Shown here piece by piece: positions 17,497-27,132 of a stretch of DNA of 64,000 bases. The stretch is from Nigerium sp. (GTDB taxonomy: Bacteria; Actinomycetota; Actinomycetes; Propionibacteriales; Propionibacteriaceae). The DNA is taken from assembly GCA_016711325.1 (NCBI GenBank), contig JADJTH010000005.1, positions 7,524 through 71,523 of the forward strand, written 5' to 3'. The notes beneath the pieces are model-generated. The model was given only the letters and a program-made list of their open reading frames with translations. It searched no databases and had not been told where the DNA came from. The translations under genes were made by a program, and so were the position numbers. Each line of letters begins with the position of its first letter. Position 1 is the first letter of the stretch.

Positions 17497-17866
17497 GCGC
17501 TCATTGTGCCAGCCGCCGCGACGGCGGCGTGTCGAACGTGTCGCCGGGATCGCCCGCGGTGTCGTTCGGTCGCCGTGCGATTTGCGATCCTCCCGGACGG
17601 CGGGCTAGCGTGGCGACGTGTTCACCATCGCGCCTCGCCATGCCGCCCCGCGTCTTTCGACGCCGGCGATGATGCGTGCGCGAATGTGTTGTCGGTGATC
17701 GTCGGCCCGACGGCGCCCGTGGTCGTTCTTTGACGACCTGACCCTCCCTTGCGATGCCGGTGCGGCACCGGTCGTCCTCGTCGGGCTCCCACGCCGGCAC
17801 GTCCTTTCGCCTGTGCGCGGTTCCGCCGTGCGCTCCCTGCCCACCTAACCGACAGAGAGACGACCT

Positions 17867-18877
17867 GTGATCGCAGTCACCGACCTGAAGAAGGTCTACC
17901 GCCAGGCGCAACGTGAGGTGCGCGCCCTGGACGGGGTCACCCTCACGGTGCCCGAGAACACCGTGCACGGGGTGATCGGGCAGTCGGGCGCCGGCAAGTC
18001 GACGCTCGTGCGCTGCCTCGCCCTGCTCGACCGGCCCACCGAGGGCTCGGTCGAGATCAACGGCGTCCGGCTCACCGCGGTGCGCTCCGACGAGTTGCGG
18101 CGCGCCCGGCGCCGACTCGGCATGGTGTTCCAGCACGCCAACCTGTTCGACGCCCGCACCGTCGAGCGCAATGTCGCCTACCCGCTCGAGCTCGCGGGCC
18201 TGGCGCGGGCCGAACGGCTCCGCAAGGCCCGCGACCTGCTCGAATTGGTGGGCCTCGCGGACGCCGCGGGCGCCTACCCCGCCCAACTGTCGGGCGGCCA
18301 ACGGCAGCGGGTCGGGATCGCGCGGGCGCTGGCCACCGACCCCGACGTGCTGCTGTGCGACGAGCCCACCAGCGCTCTCGACCCGGCCACGACGGGAGAG
18401 ATCCTCGACCTGATCGGCGCGCTGAAGGTGCGGTTGGGTCTGGCGGTGCTCGTGATCACCCACGAGATGCACGTGGTGAAGCGGATCTGCGACTCGGTCT
18501 CCCTGCTGGAGAGCGGGCGGATCGTCGAGTCGGGAGGCCTGACCGAGGTGGTGGGCGCCTTCGGCAGCCGTCTGAGCGAGGCGTTGATCGGTCTCCCGCC
18601 CACCGCCGCCCCGGACTCGTCCGCCGGCTCGACCGTCGAGGTGCTCGACGTGGCCCCGGACGGACGGCTGGCCGCGGTGGCCGAGGCGTCCCGGCATTTC
18701 GGGGTGGAGTTCGGCGTCGTGGCTGCCACCGTGGAGCAGCTCGGCGGCACCACCTTCGGGCGCTGGCGGTTACTGGTACCGCCGCCGTTGGACGCCGCGG
18801 ACGTCGTCGCGCACCTGCGCTCCCGCGGCGTCCGTGCCGGCCTCACCGCCACCGTCGCGACCGGGGAGGAGCGATGA
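17867..18877 (+). CDS. metN: methionine ABC transporter ATP-binding protein
   Basis: 336 aa with GTG start. GQSGAGKSTL, LSGGQRQRVGIARAL and a C-terminal NIL-like domain. Confidence 0.92.
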   Translation: MIAVTDLKKVYRQAQREVRALDGVTLTVPENTVHGVIGQSGAGKSTLVRCLALLDRPTEGSVEINGVRLTAVRSDELRRARRRLGMVFQHANLFDARTVERNVAYPLELAGLARAERLRKARDLLELVGLADAAGAYPAQLSGGQRQRVGIARALATDPDVLLCDEPTSALDPATTGEILDLIGALKVRLGLAVLVITHEMHVVKRICDSVSLLESGRIVESGGLTEVVGAFGSRLSEALIGLPPTAAPDSSAGSTVEVLDVAPDGRLAAVAEASRHFGVEFGVVAATVEQLGGTTFGRWRLLVPPPLDAADVVAHLRSRGVRAGLTATVATGEER

Positions 18878-19557
18878 GCGAATGGCTGTCGTCACTGCTG
18901 GCGAACCCGGCGATCACCACCGCCCTGTGGTCCGCCTTCGGTGAGACCCTGCTCATGGTCGGCATCGCGGGGATCGCGACCGTGCTGATCGGACTGCCGC
19001 TCGGCGTCGTGTTGTTCGTCACCCAGCGGGGTGGTCTCGCCAGCAACCGGCTGGTCAACTTCGTGCTGGGCGGGGTGGTGGTGAACATCACCCGGTCGGT
19101 TCCGTACGCGATCCTGATGCTCTCGCTGATCCCGTTCACCCGGATCGTGGTGGGGACCTCCATCGGTCCGATCGCCGCGTCGGTGTCGCTGACCATCGCG
19201 TGCGCACCGTTCTTCGCGCGGCTCGTGGAGGCCTCGCTGCGCGAGGTTCACCACGGCAAGGTGGACGCCGCGCACGCCATGGGTTCCACCCGTCTCCAGA
19301 CGGTGTGGAAGGTGCTGCTGCCGGAGGCCGCGCCGTCCCTGGTGGCCAACGTCACCACGACCGTGGTCGCGCTGATCGGCTATTCGGCGATGGCCGGCCT
19401 GATCGGCGGCGGCGGCCTCGGACGCCTCGCCTACAACTACGGCTACCAGCGCTTCCAGCCGGAGGTGATGGTCGTCATCCTCGTCATCCTCCTGCTGCTC
19501 GTCCAGATCGTGCAGCTCACCGGTGACGCCGTCGTGCGCCGGATCGATCACCGCTAA
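18874..19557 (+). CDS. metI: methionine ABC transporter permease
   Basis: 227 aa. ATGA overlap with metN. Typical MetI sequence (EASLREVHHGKVDAAHAMGST...). Confidence 0.92.
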   Translation: MSEWLSSLLANPAITTALWSAFGETLLMVGIAGIATVLIGLPLGVVLFVTQRGGLASNRLVNFVLGGVVVNITRSVPYAILMLSLIPFTRIVVGTSIGPIAASVSLTIACAPFFARLVEASLREVHHGKVDAAHAMGSTRLQTVWKVLLPEAAPSLVANVTTTVVALIGYSAMAGLIGGGGLGRLAYNYGYQRFQPEVMVVILVILLLLVQIVQLTGDAVVRRIDHR

Positions 19558-19653
19558 CCCCCTCACCGACCTTCCGGCCACCCGGCCGGACCGGCCACCC
19601 GGCCGAGAAGAAACCAGCGGCCCGACCCAGGGCCGGGCAATCAAGGAGTCATC

Positions 19654-20508
19654 ATGGGATCACCACGCAAGTTCCTGTCCGTCGTCGCCGCCGCGGTGGC
19701 CGCCGCCATGACGCTGACCGCGTGCGGCGGTCCCGCCACCGGTGAGAAGCCGGGCGGTGCGGCGTCCGGCACGCCGGACGGCGGGCTCACCACCGTGACG
19801 GTCGGGGCCAGCCCCCTGCCGCACGCCAAGATCCTGGAATTCATCCAGGGCAACCTCGCCGCGGACGCCGGCATCGACCTCAAGATCGTCGAGTTCGACG
19901 ACTACGTGCAGCCGAACGAGGCGCTCGCCTCGGGCGAGCTCGACGCGAACTACTTCCAGCACCTGCCCTACCTGCAGGCGCAGATCGCCGAGAAGGGGTA
20001 CCAGTTCGAGCATGGCGCCGGCGTCCATATCGAGCCCTACGCGGCGTTCTCGACGAAGTTCACCGACATCTCCCAGATTCCCGACGGGGCGAGCGTCGCC
20101 ATCACGAACGACGCCCCGAACCAGATCCGGGGCCTGCGGGTGTTGGAGGACGTGGGCCTGCTGACCGGCATCACGGAGGACTCACACGTGCTCAACCTCA
20201 CCAGTGAGCAGAACCCGAAGGGGCTGAGGTTCATCGAGAACCAGTCCGAGGTGATCGTGCAGCAGCTCGACGATCCGGCGATCGACCTGGCCTTCGTCAA
20301 CGGCAACTTCATTCTCACCGCGGGCCTGAGCACGCAGAACGCGCTGGCCGTCGAGAGGGTGGAGGGCAACCCCTACGCCAATCTGCTCGTCTGGCGGGCC
20401 GACAACACCAACCCCGGTGTGGCGAAGCTGGAGGAGTTGCTGCATTCCCAGCAGGTGAAGGACTTCATCACCACGACCTGGCCGTCGGGCGACGTCATCC
20501 CCGGCTGA
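19654..20508 (+). CDS. metQ: MetQ/NlpA family methionine-binding lipoprotein
   Basis: 284 aa. RBS AAGGAG. Lipobox MTLTACGG. Contains NYFQHLPYL and FVNGNF. Confidence 0.92.
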   Translation: MGSPRKFLSVVAAAVAAAMTLTACGGPATGEKPGGAASGTPDGGLTTVTVGASPLPHAKILEFIQGNLAADAGIDLKIVEFDDYVQPNEALASGELDANYFQHLPYLQAQIAEKGYQFEHGAGVHIEPYAAFSTKFTDISQIPDGASVAITNDAPNQIRGLRVLEDVGLLTGITEDSHVLNLTSEQNPKGLRFIENQSEVIVQQLDDPAIDLAFVNGNFILTAGLSTQNALAVERVEGNPYANLLVWRADNTNPGVAKLEELLHSQQVKDFITTTWPSGDVIPG

Positions 20509-20520
20509 GGCCTCGTATCC

Positions 20521-20562
20521 GGTCCGCACCGGGGCCTTGGCACCCCGGTCCCGGTGCGGACC
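20521..20562 (+). terminator. stem-loop after metQ
   Basis: Perfect 13-bp inverted repeat: GGTCCGCACCGGG (20521-20533) and CCCGGTGCGGACC (20550-20562). Confidence 0.65.
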
Positions 20563-20843
20563 TCAGTTGCGACGGAGCAACCGGATCAATTCGGTTCACT
20601 CATCGACGGCGATCGAGGTCAATGAACTGACGCTGGCGCAGGTTCAGGATGTGGCCAAAACGGGGTGACCCGACGTTGAGTGCGAGTGCGATTGGTGCTC
20701 GACTAGGCAAGACCTCCCGCACGGTCGAGCGGTGCCTGGCCAGGCTCAAGGCCGAGGGGCGACTGCGTCGTGAGGGCTCACCGAAGTCCGGGCGATGGAT
20801 CGTGATGGGAGCGGAGGTGCGGAACGCCCGGCGCTTGACTGAT

Positions 20844-20859
20844 TCGAACGGACGTTCGA
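20844..20859. promoter_or_regulatory. LexA (SOS) box, actinobacterial type
   Basis: TCGAAC-GGAC-GTTCGA is a perfect match to TCGAAC-N4-GTTCGA. It ends 10 bp before the imuA' GTG. Confidence 0.8.
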
Positions 20860-20869
20860 TCATTGAGGG

Positions 20870-21499
20870 GTGTCTCTCGCCGCGGTTTCCCCCGAAGGCG
20901 CGGACGTGCGCCTGGAGGCGCTGCGCCGCGTCCAGATTGATCCGCGCTGGGCGACGCCCTGGGCGGAGAAGCCGCTGCCCACGCCCGCACTCCTGGCCGG
21001 CCTGCTGCCCGGGGGCGGGCTGGTGCCTGGATCGGTGTACTCCTTGACCGGCGGCGGGTGGCTGCTGCTGTCGCTGTTCGCCGAGCCGTCGCGCGCGGGC
21101 CTGTGGTGCGCGGCGGTGGGCGTGCCCGAACTCGGCGCCGAGGCGGCCGCGCAGTCGGGGGTGAACCTCGAGCGGCTGGCGCTGGTGCCCGACCCGGGCG
21201 GGCGCTGGTTCAGCGCCACAGCGGCCCTGGCTGAGGTGATGGCGTTGGTCGCCGTCCGGCCGGCGAGCCGGGTCGCGGACGCCGACGCCGCGCGCCTGGC
21301 CGCCAAGCTGCGCGACAGCAAGACGGTGCTGCTCACGATCGGGCCCTGGCCGCGCGCCGAGGCGACGCTCAGCGTGACGGCGCCGCGCTGGTCGGGTCTG
21401 GGTGAGGGGCACGGGTATCTGCGCACCCGCGAGGTGCTCGTGACGGTGACGTCGAAGCGGACGCCGCTGCCCCGCCGCGTCAGGATGGAGCTGCCCTGA
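20870..21499 (+). CDS. imuA': ImuA'-type (RecA-fold-like) mutasome accessory protein
   Basis: 209 aa with GTG start. Positioned directly upstream of and overlapping imuB (TGATG). Contains the GSVYSLTGGGW motif. The LexA box lies upstream. Confidence 0.75.
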   Translation: MSLAAVSPEGADVRLEALRRVQIDPRWATPWAEKPLPTPALLAGLLPGGGLVPGSVYSLTGGGWLLLSLFAEPSRAGLWCAAVGVPELGAEAAAQSGVNLERLALVPDPGGRWFSATAALAEVMALVAVRPASRVADADAARLAAKLRDSKTVLLTIGPWPRAEATLSVTAPRWSGLGEGHGYLRTREVLVTVTSKRTPLPRRVRMELP

Positions 21500-23070
21500 T
21501 GCCCGGGCAGGCGAGCCGGCGCCTGGTGGTGTGGCTGCCCGACTGGGCGGTCACCGCCTGGGCGCGCACCGAGGAGGACGAGGCGTCCGGGCCGGTCGCG
21601 ATCCTGGACGCCGGGCGGGTCGTGGCCTGCTCGGCGGCGGCACGCGCCGAGGGCGTGAGCATCGGGCAGCGCAAGCGCGACGCGCAGGGGTGCTGCCCCG
21701 AACTGCTCACGGTGCCCGCCGATCCCGACCGCGACGAACGGGTCTTCGCCGCCGTCCTCGACCGTCTCGAAGAGCTCACGCCCGGCTTCCAGTGCGTGCG
21801 GGCCGGGCTGGGCGCGGTGCCCGCGCGCGGGGTCGCCCGCTACTACGGCGGCGAGCAGCAGGCCGGCCAGGTGCTGCGGGAGGGCGTCGCGGCCCTCGGC
21901 GTCCCCACCGCCACGGTCGGGATCGCCGACGACCTCTTCACCGCCGAGCAGGCGGCCCGGCTCGTCCACGCCCACGCCGCCCAGCACCCTCAGGCATCCG
22001 CGTCGCCCCTCGGTTCCATCGGCATCGTGCCGGCCGGGGAGGCGCCCTCCTTCCTGGCGTCGCTACCCGTGACCTGCCTCGAGGACGAGGCGTTGACCGC
22101 GCTGCTGCACCGGCTCGGCGTCCGCACGCTCGGGGCGTTCGCCGCGCTCGAGGTCGCCCGGGTGCGCGAGCGGCTGGGGGAGCACGGCGTCCGGCTGCAC
22201 GCGCTGGCCTCCGGACGCGACCCGCGCACGCACGCCGCCCGGACGCCGCCGCCCGATCTGATCCGCGAGGCGTCCTTCGAGCCGCCGCTGGAACTGGTCG
22301 ACCAGGTGGCCTTCTCGATCCGGACGATGGCCGAGGCGTTCGTCGCCGGGCTGCGCACGGCTCATCTGGTGTGCACCGAACTGCGGGTCGGCTGCACCGA
22401 CGAGTCCGGGCAGATCAGCGAGCGGGTCTGGCTGCACATGGCGGCGTTCGACGCCGCGGCGGTCGTCGACCGGGTGCGCTGGCAGCTGGCCGCCGCCGAA
22501 CACCTGCGCGGGGCGATCGCGGGCGTCCGGCTGGAGCCCGTCGCGGTGGACGCCGCCGCCCACCACGAGCCCGGGCTGTTTCACTCCGGTGTGGACGACC
22601 GGATGCATCACGCCTTGTCCCGGCTCCAGGCGATGCTCGGCCACGAGGGCGTCGTCACCCCGGTGCTCGCCGGAGGCCGCTGGCTGGCCGAGCGCCAGGT
22701 GTGGGTGCCGTGGGGCGAGCGGGCGGCGTCCCTCACCCCGCGCGGGCAACCCTGGCCGGGGGCACTCCCCGCGCCGTCGCCGGCGACGGTGTTCCCGGGC
22801 CGGCGCGAGGTTGCTGTCCTGGACGCCGAGGGCCGTCCGGTGGGAGTGGGCGAGCGCGGCGACCTCACCGCGGTGCCGACACTGCTCGCCGACGGGCGCA
22901 AGCAGACGCCGATCGAAGCCTGGGCGGGGCCGTGGCCGATCGCCGAACGCACCTGGGACGCCGGACGCGCGCGCACCGCGCACCGCTTCCAGGTGTTGGA
23001 CGCCGACCAGACCGCCTGGCTCGTGGTGCTGGAGGACGGCACCTGGTGGGCCGAGGGACGGTACGACTGA
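21499..23070 (+). CDS. imuB: ImuB, Y-family DNA polymerase-like mutasome protein
   Basis: 523 aa. MPGQASRRLVVWLPDWAVTAW...AARAEGVSIGQRKRDAQ... Start and stop overlap imuA' and dnaE2 respectively. Confidence 0.88.
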   Translation: MPGQASRRLVVWLPDWAVTAWARTEEDEASGPVAILDAGRVVACSAAARAEGVSIGQRKRDAQGCCPELLTVPADPDRDERVFAAVLDRLEELTPGFQCVRAGLGAVPARGVARYYGGEQQAGQVLREGVAALGVPTATVGIADDLFTAEQAARLVHAHAAQHPQASASPLGSIGIVPAGEAPSFLASLPVTCLEDEALTALLHRLGVRTLGAFAALEVARVRERLGEHGVRLHALASGRDPRTHAARTPPPDLIREASFEPPLELVDQVAFSIRTMAEAFVAGLRTAHLVCTELRVGCTDESGQISERVWLHMAAFDAAAVVDRVRWQLAAAEHLRGAIAGVRLEPVAVDAAAHHEPGLFHSGVDDRMHHALSRLQAMLGHEGVVTPVLAGGRWLAERQVWVPWGERAASLTPRGQPWPGALPAPSPATVFPGRREVAVLDAEGRPVGVGERGDLTAVPTLLADGRKQTPIEAWAGPWPIAERTWDAGRARTAHRFQVLDADQTAWLVVLEDGTWWAEGRYD

Positions 23071-26000
23071 TGGGGTTCTCGAACCCGCCGATCACCTGGC
23101 GCCAGCTCGAGCGCACGCTGAGCGATCCCGGCACGGTGATCGACCTGCCGCTCTCGCGCAAGCGCGGCCCCTACGTGGCGCCGCCGATCCGCCGGCCCGA
23201 GGCGTCCGTGCCGTATGCCGAGTTGCACGCGCACTCGTCGTTCTCGTTCCTGGACGGGGCGTCCGCCCCCGAAGCGCTGATCGAGGAGGCCGAACGGCTC
23301 GGCCTGCACGGGCTGGCGCTCACCGACCACGATGGGTTCTACGGGGTGGTCCGGCTCGCCGAAGCCGCCGAGGCGACGGCGGTGAAGACCGTGTTCGGTG
23401 CCGAACTGTCGCTGGAGCTACCCGCTCCGCAGACCGGCGAGGCCGACCCGGTCGGCACCCATCTGCTCGTGCTGGCGCGCGGCCAGGAGGGCTACCACCG
23501 GCTGGCCGCCGCGATCACCCACGCGCAACTGGGCGGAGGAGCGAAGGGGCGTCCGGTCTACGACCTGACCGACCTCGCCGCGCGCGCGGGCGGGCATTGG
23601 GCGATCCTGACCGGCTGCCGCAAGGGCGCCGTCCGGCAGGCGCTCATCGAGGGGGGAGCGGAGGCCGCCGGGCGCGCTCTCGACGATCTGGTCGCCCTGT
23701 TCGGGCGCGATCAGGTCACCGTCGAACTCACCGACCACGGCGCGGCCCTCGACTCGACGCACAACGACGCCCTGGCCGCGCTCGCGGCGTCCCGGGGCCT
23801 GCCCGTCGTCGCGACCGGCAACGTGCACTACGCGACCCCCCGCCAGCACCTACTCGCCCAGGCCGTGGCCGCGGTGCGCGCGAACCGCAGCATGGACGCC
23901 CTCGACGGCTGGCTGCCCGCGGCCGGGGAGGCGTTCCTGCGCTCGGGCGCCGAGATGCGCCGCCGGTTCGCCCGCTACCCGGGCGCGCTCGAGCGCAGCG
24001 TCGAGTTGGCCGACGACCTGGCGTTCCCGCTGCGCCGCGCGAAGCCCGCGCTGCCCACGCAGGACGTGCCGCCCGGGCATACTCCGATGAGTTGGCTGCG
24101 CCACCTGGTGTGGCAGGCGGTGCCCGAGCGCTATCCCGGCCTGAGCGAGGCGGACGCCGCCCGCATCGAGCGCGAACTGGCGGTGATCGAGGCCAAGGAC
24201 TTCCCGGGCTACTTCCTGATCGTGCACGACATCGTCGCCGAGGCGCGCCGGCTCGGCATCCTGTGCCAGGGGCGCGGATCGGCCGCCAACAGCGCGGTGT
24301 GCTACCTGCTCGGCATCACGGCGGTCGACTCGATCGCCTACCGCCTGCCGTTCGAGAGATTCCTGTCATCGCTGCGCGACGAGGAGCCCGACATCGACGT
24401 CGATTTCGACTCCGACCGGCGCGAGGAGATCATTCAGTACGTCTACGGCCGCTACGGTCGGGATCGGGCCGCGCAGGTGTGCAACGTGATCCAGTACCGG
24501 CCCAAGAACGCGGTGCGCGACGTCGCCCGCGCGCTCGGCTACGGTCCCGGCCAGCAGGACGCCTTCTCGCGGCGCATCGAGCGCTGGGGCGGGGTGAGCG
24601 TCGAGGACGGGGTGCCGCCACAGGTGGCCGACCTCGCCACGCAGTTGCTCAAAGCCCCTCGTCATCTGGGTATTCACTCGGGCGGCATGGTGCTCACCGA
24701 GCGTCCGGTGGGCGAGGTCGTGCCCATCGAGCACGCCCGCATGGAGAACCGCACGGTCATCCAGTGGGACAAGGACGACGCCGCCTGGATGGGTCTGGTC
24801 AAGTTCGACCTGCTCGGGCTGGGCATGCTCGCCGCGCTCCAGCACATGTTCACCCTGATCGCGGACGCCACGGGCGAGACCTGGGAGCTGGCCACCCTGC
24901 CCAAGGAAGAGGCGGCGGTGTACGACATGCTCTGCCGCGCCGACTCGATCGGGGTGTTCCAGGTGGAGTCCCGCGCGCAGATGGGGCTGCTGCCCCGTCT
25001 GCAGCCGCGCCGCTTCTACGACCTCGTCGTGCAGATCGCGCTCATCCGTCCCGGGCCGATCCAGGGCGGGGCGGTGCACCCGTTCGTGCGCCGCAAGCTC
25101 GGTCGGGAACCGGTCACCTACGCCCACCCCAAGCTGGAGCCGGCGCTGGCGCGCACGCTCGGCATTCCGGTGTTCCAGGAGCAGCTCATGCAGATGGCGA
25201 TGGCGATCGGCGACTGCACCGGCGAGGACGCCGACCTGCTGCGCCGGGCGATGGGATCCAAGCGCGGCGTCGAGCGCATCGAGTCGCTCAAGGAGAAGTT
25301 GTACGCGGGCATGGCGCGTAACGGGCTCACCGGCAAGGCGGCCGACGGCATCTATCAGCAGATCCAGGCGTTCGCGAACTTCGGGTTCGCCGAGTCGCAT
25401 TCGCTGTCGTTCGCGCTGCTCGTCTACGCGAGTTCGTGGCTCAAGCTGCACTACCCGGCGGCCTTCCTCGCCGGGTTGCTGCGCGCGCAGCCGATGGGGT
25501 TCTACTCCTCGGCCACTCTGACGTCCGATGCTCGGCGGCACGGCGTCACCGTGCTGCGTCCCTGCTTGGCCCGCTCGGGGGCGGACGCCGTGCTCGAGGG
25601 GTCCGGCGACGGAGGTGGCGGGCGGCGGGCGGGGCCGACCGGCATGGACGCCTGCCTGGTTCGGCCGCAGCCGATGGTGGGCGAGTTCGTCGGGGGTGCG
25701 CCGGACGAGTCGGTGCGGCATCGCCGCGACGAGGGTTTCGCGGTGCGTCTCGGGTTGGCGGGCATCCGCGGGATCGGCAGCAAGGCAGCCGAGAAGATGG
25801 TCGCGGCCCGCGCGCAGTCGGCGTTCACGTCGATGGAGGATCTGGCCCGCCGCTGTGGGCTGTCGGCCACCCAGTTGGAGGCGCTGGCGGCGTCCGGGGC
25901 GCTGGAGAGCCTCGGCCTGACCCGGCGCGAGGCGCTGTGGCGGGCCGGGACGGCGGCACTCGACCAGGAGCAGTACCTGCCCGGCACGGCGGTCGCGGTG

Positions 26001-26438
26001 CAGCCGCCGCTGTTCGGCGACCCGACGGCCCTGGAGACCCTCATCGACGACCTGTGGACCACCGGCGTCTCGACCGATGATCACCCCTTGTCACACGTCC
26101 GTCCGATGCTGGACGGGCGTGGGGTGCTCACGTCGTCGGGGCTGCGCACCGCCGATGCGGGATCCCGGGTTCAGGTGGCCGGGGTGGTGACGCATCGGCA
26201 GCGGCCGTCCACGGCGTCCGGCATCACGTTCGTGAACCTCGAGGACGAGCACGGCCTGGTCAACGTGGTCTGCTCCAAGGGTGTGTGGGCGCGCTACCGG
26301 CGGATCGCGCGCGAGTCGAGCGCACTGATCGTGCGCGGCACCCTGGAGCGCTCCCCGGAGGGTGTGGTGAACGTGGTGGCCGACAAGCTCGAGCCCCTGC
26401 ACGTCCGCGTGCCCCACACGTCGCGCGACTTCCGCTGA
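23070..26438 (+). CDS. dnaE2: error-prone DNA polymerase III alpha-like DnaE2 (ImuC)
   Basis: 1122 aa. PHP domain YAELHAHSSFSFLDGAS, polymerase core FPGYFLIVHDIV...GRGSAANSAVCY and an OB fold at the C-terminus. Confidence 0.95.
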   Translation: MGFSNPPITWRQLERTLSDPGTVIDLPLSRKRGPYVAPPIRRPEASVPYAELHAHSSFSFLDGASAPEALIEEAERLGLHGLALTDHDGFYGVVRLAEAAEATAVKTVFGAELSLELPAPQTGEADPVGTHLLVLARGQEGYHRLAAAITHAQLGGGAKGRPVYDLTDLAARAGGHWAILTGCRKGAVRQALIEGGAEAAGRALDDLVALFGRDQVTVELTDHGAALDSTHNDALAALAASRGLPVVATGNVHYATPRQHLLAQAVAAVRANRSMDALDGWLPAAGEAFLRSGAEMRRRFARYPGALERSVELADDLAFPLRRAKPALPTQDVPPGHTPMSWLRHLVWQAVPERYPGLSEADAARIERELAVIEAKDFPGYFLIVHDIVAEARRLGILCQGRGSAANSAVCYLLGITAVDSIAYRLPFERFLSSLRDEEPDIDVDFDSDRREEIIQYVYGRYGRDRAAQVCNVIQYRPKNAVRDVARALGYGPGQQDAFSRRIERWGGVSVEDGVPPQVADLATQLLKAPRHLGIHSGGMVLTERPVGEVVPIEHARMENRTVIQWDKDDAAWMGLVKFDLLGLGMLAALQHMFTLIADATGETWELATLPKEEAAVYDMLCRADSIGVFQVESRAQMGLLPRLQPRRFYDLVVQIALIRPGPIQGGAVHPFVRRKLGREPVTYAHPKLEPALARTLGIPVFQEQLMQMAMAIGDCTGEDADLLRRAMGSKRGVERIESLKEKLYAGMARNGLTGKAADGIYQQIQAFANFGFAESHSLSFALLVYASSWLKLHYPAAFLAGLLRAQPMGFYSSATLTSDARRHGVTVLRPCLARSGADAVLEGSGDGGGGRRAGPTGMDACLVRPQPMVGEFVGGAPDESVRHRRDEGFAVRLGLAGIRGIGSKAAEKMVAARAQSAFTSMEDLARRCGLSATQLEALAASGALESLGLTRREALWRAGTAALDQEQYLPGTAVAVQPPLFGDPTALETLIDDLWTTGVSTDDHPLSHVRPMLDGRGVLTSSGLRTADAGSRVQVAGVVTHRQRPSTASGITFVNLEDEHGLVNVVCSKGVWARYRRIARESSALIVRGTLERSPEGVVNVVADKLEPLHVRVPHTSRDFR

Positions 26439-26571
26439 CGGGCGCATGCTCCTGCGCATCGCCGCTGCTCCCGCGCGCTGTCTACGGGGCGCGGGACGCC
26501 CGCCCGTCCGCGGGAGTGCGCACGACGCGCGGGAAAGCGGAAGACCGAGAGGGGGCGGCGTCGGGATCCGG

Positions 26572-27132
26572 TCAGACCAGGGGGACGAAGACGAACCTGT
26601 CGCCGGTGGTGCTTCGGGTGAGCGCGCCGGACTCGGCACGGTCGACCACCGTCATCAGGCCGGACGCCGGAAGGACGAGGCGTCCGCCGGGGGCGAGCTG
26701 GGCTTCGAGTTCGGGCGGGATGCGGCCGCCGTCGGCGGAGACGAGGATCCGGTCGAAGGGGCCGGCGTCCGGAAGCCCGAGCACGCCGGGGAGCGCCTGC
26801 TCGATCCGCGCCCACGGCCAGCGCTCGCCGAGGTTGCGGCGTCCCATCGCCACGAGCTCGGGCACGATCTCCACGCCCACGACCTCACCGTCGGGGCCGA
26901 CCAGGTGGGCGAGCAGGCCGGTCGTCCAGCCCGAGCCGCTTCCCACGTCGAGCACCCGGTCGCCGGGCCGGGCGTCGAGCAGGGCGAGCATGGAGCGGAC
27001 CGTCCACGGCTGGGAATTGGTGGCGCCGTACCCGATCGGCAGCGGCCGGTCGGACGCCGCGTGCCGCCGCACGTCGGGCGGCAGGAAACCAGCACGGGGG
27101 ACGGCCGCGAACGCCTCGTCGAGCCTGGACAT
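26572..27132 (-). CDS. pcm: protein-L-isoaspartate O-methyltransferase family protein
   Basis: 186 aa. AFAAVPRAGFLP...SQPWTVRSMLALLDARPGDRVLDVGSGSGWTTGLLA (SAM-binding motif). Confidence 0.85.
   Translation of the reverse strand: MSRLDEAFAAVPRAGFLPPDVRRHAASDRPLPIGYGATNSQPWTVRSMLALLDARPGDRVLDVGSGSGWTTGLLAHLVGPDGEVVGVEIVPELVAMGRRNLGERWPWARIEQALPGVLGLPDAGPFDRILVSADGGRIPPELEAQLAPGGRLVLPASGLMTVVDRAESGALTRSTTGDRFVFVPLV

Noticed and set aside
17497-17866. SAM-I or SAM-IV riboswitch upstream of metN
   Set aside because: I could not find the conserved cores of either class (for example the GCAACC...GGUGCC-type elements of SAM-IV). It is kept only as an unclassified-leader hypothesis in the findings.
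19574-19605. Tandem CCGGCCACCCGGCCG x2 between metI and metQ
   Set aside because: There are only two copies. Each can form a small 6-bp hairpin. It is most simply an intercistronic stem-loop, not a repeat array or CRISPR.
21531-23069. N-terminal ~510 aa extension of the 1635-aa ORF ending at 26438
   Set aside because: It is an out-of-frame overlap of imuB, and Arg/Gly/Pro-rich. The DnaE2 homology begins at MGFSNPPITW (ATG 23070), which overlaps the imuB stop.
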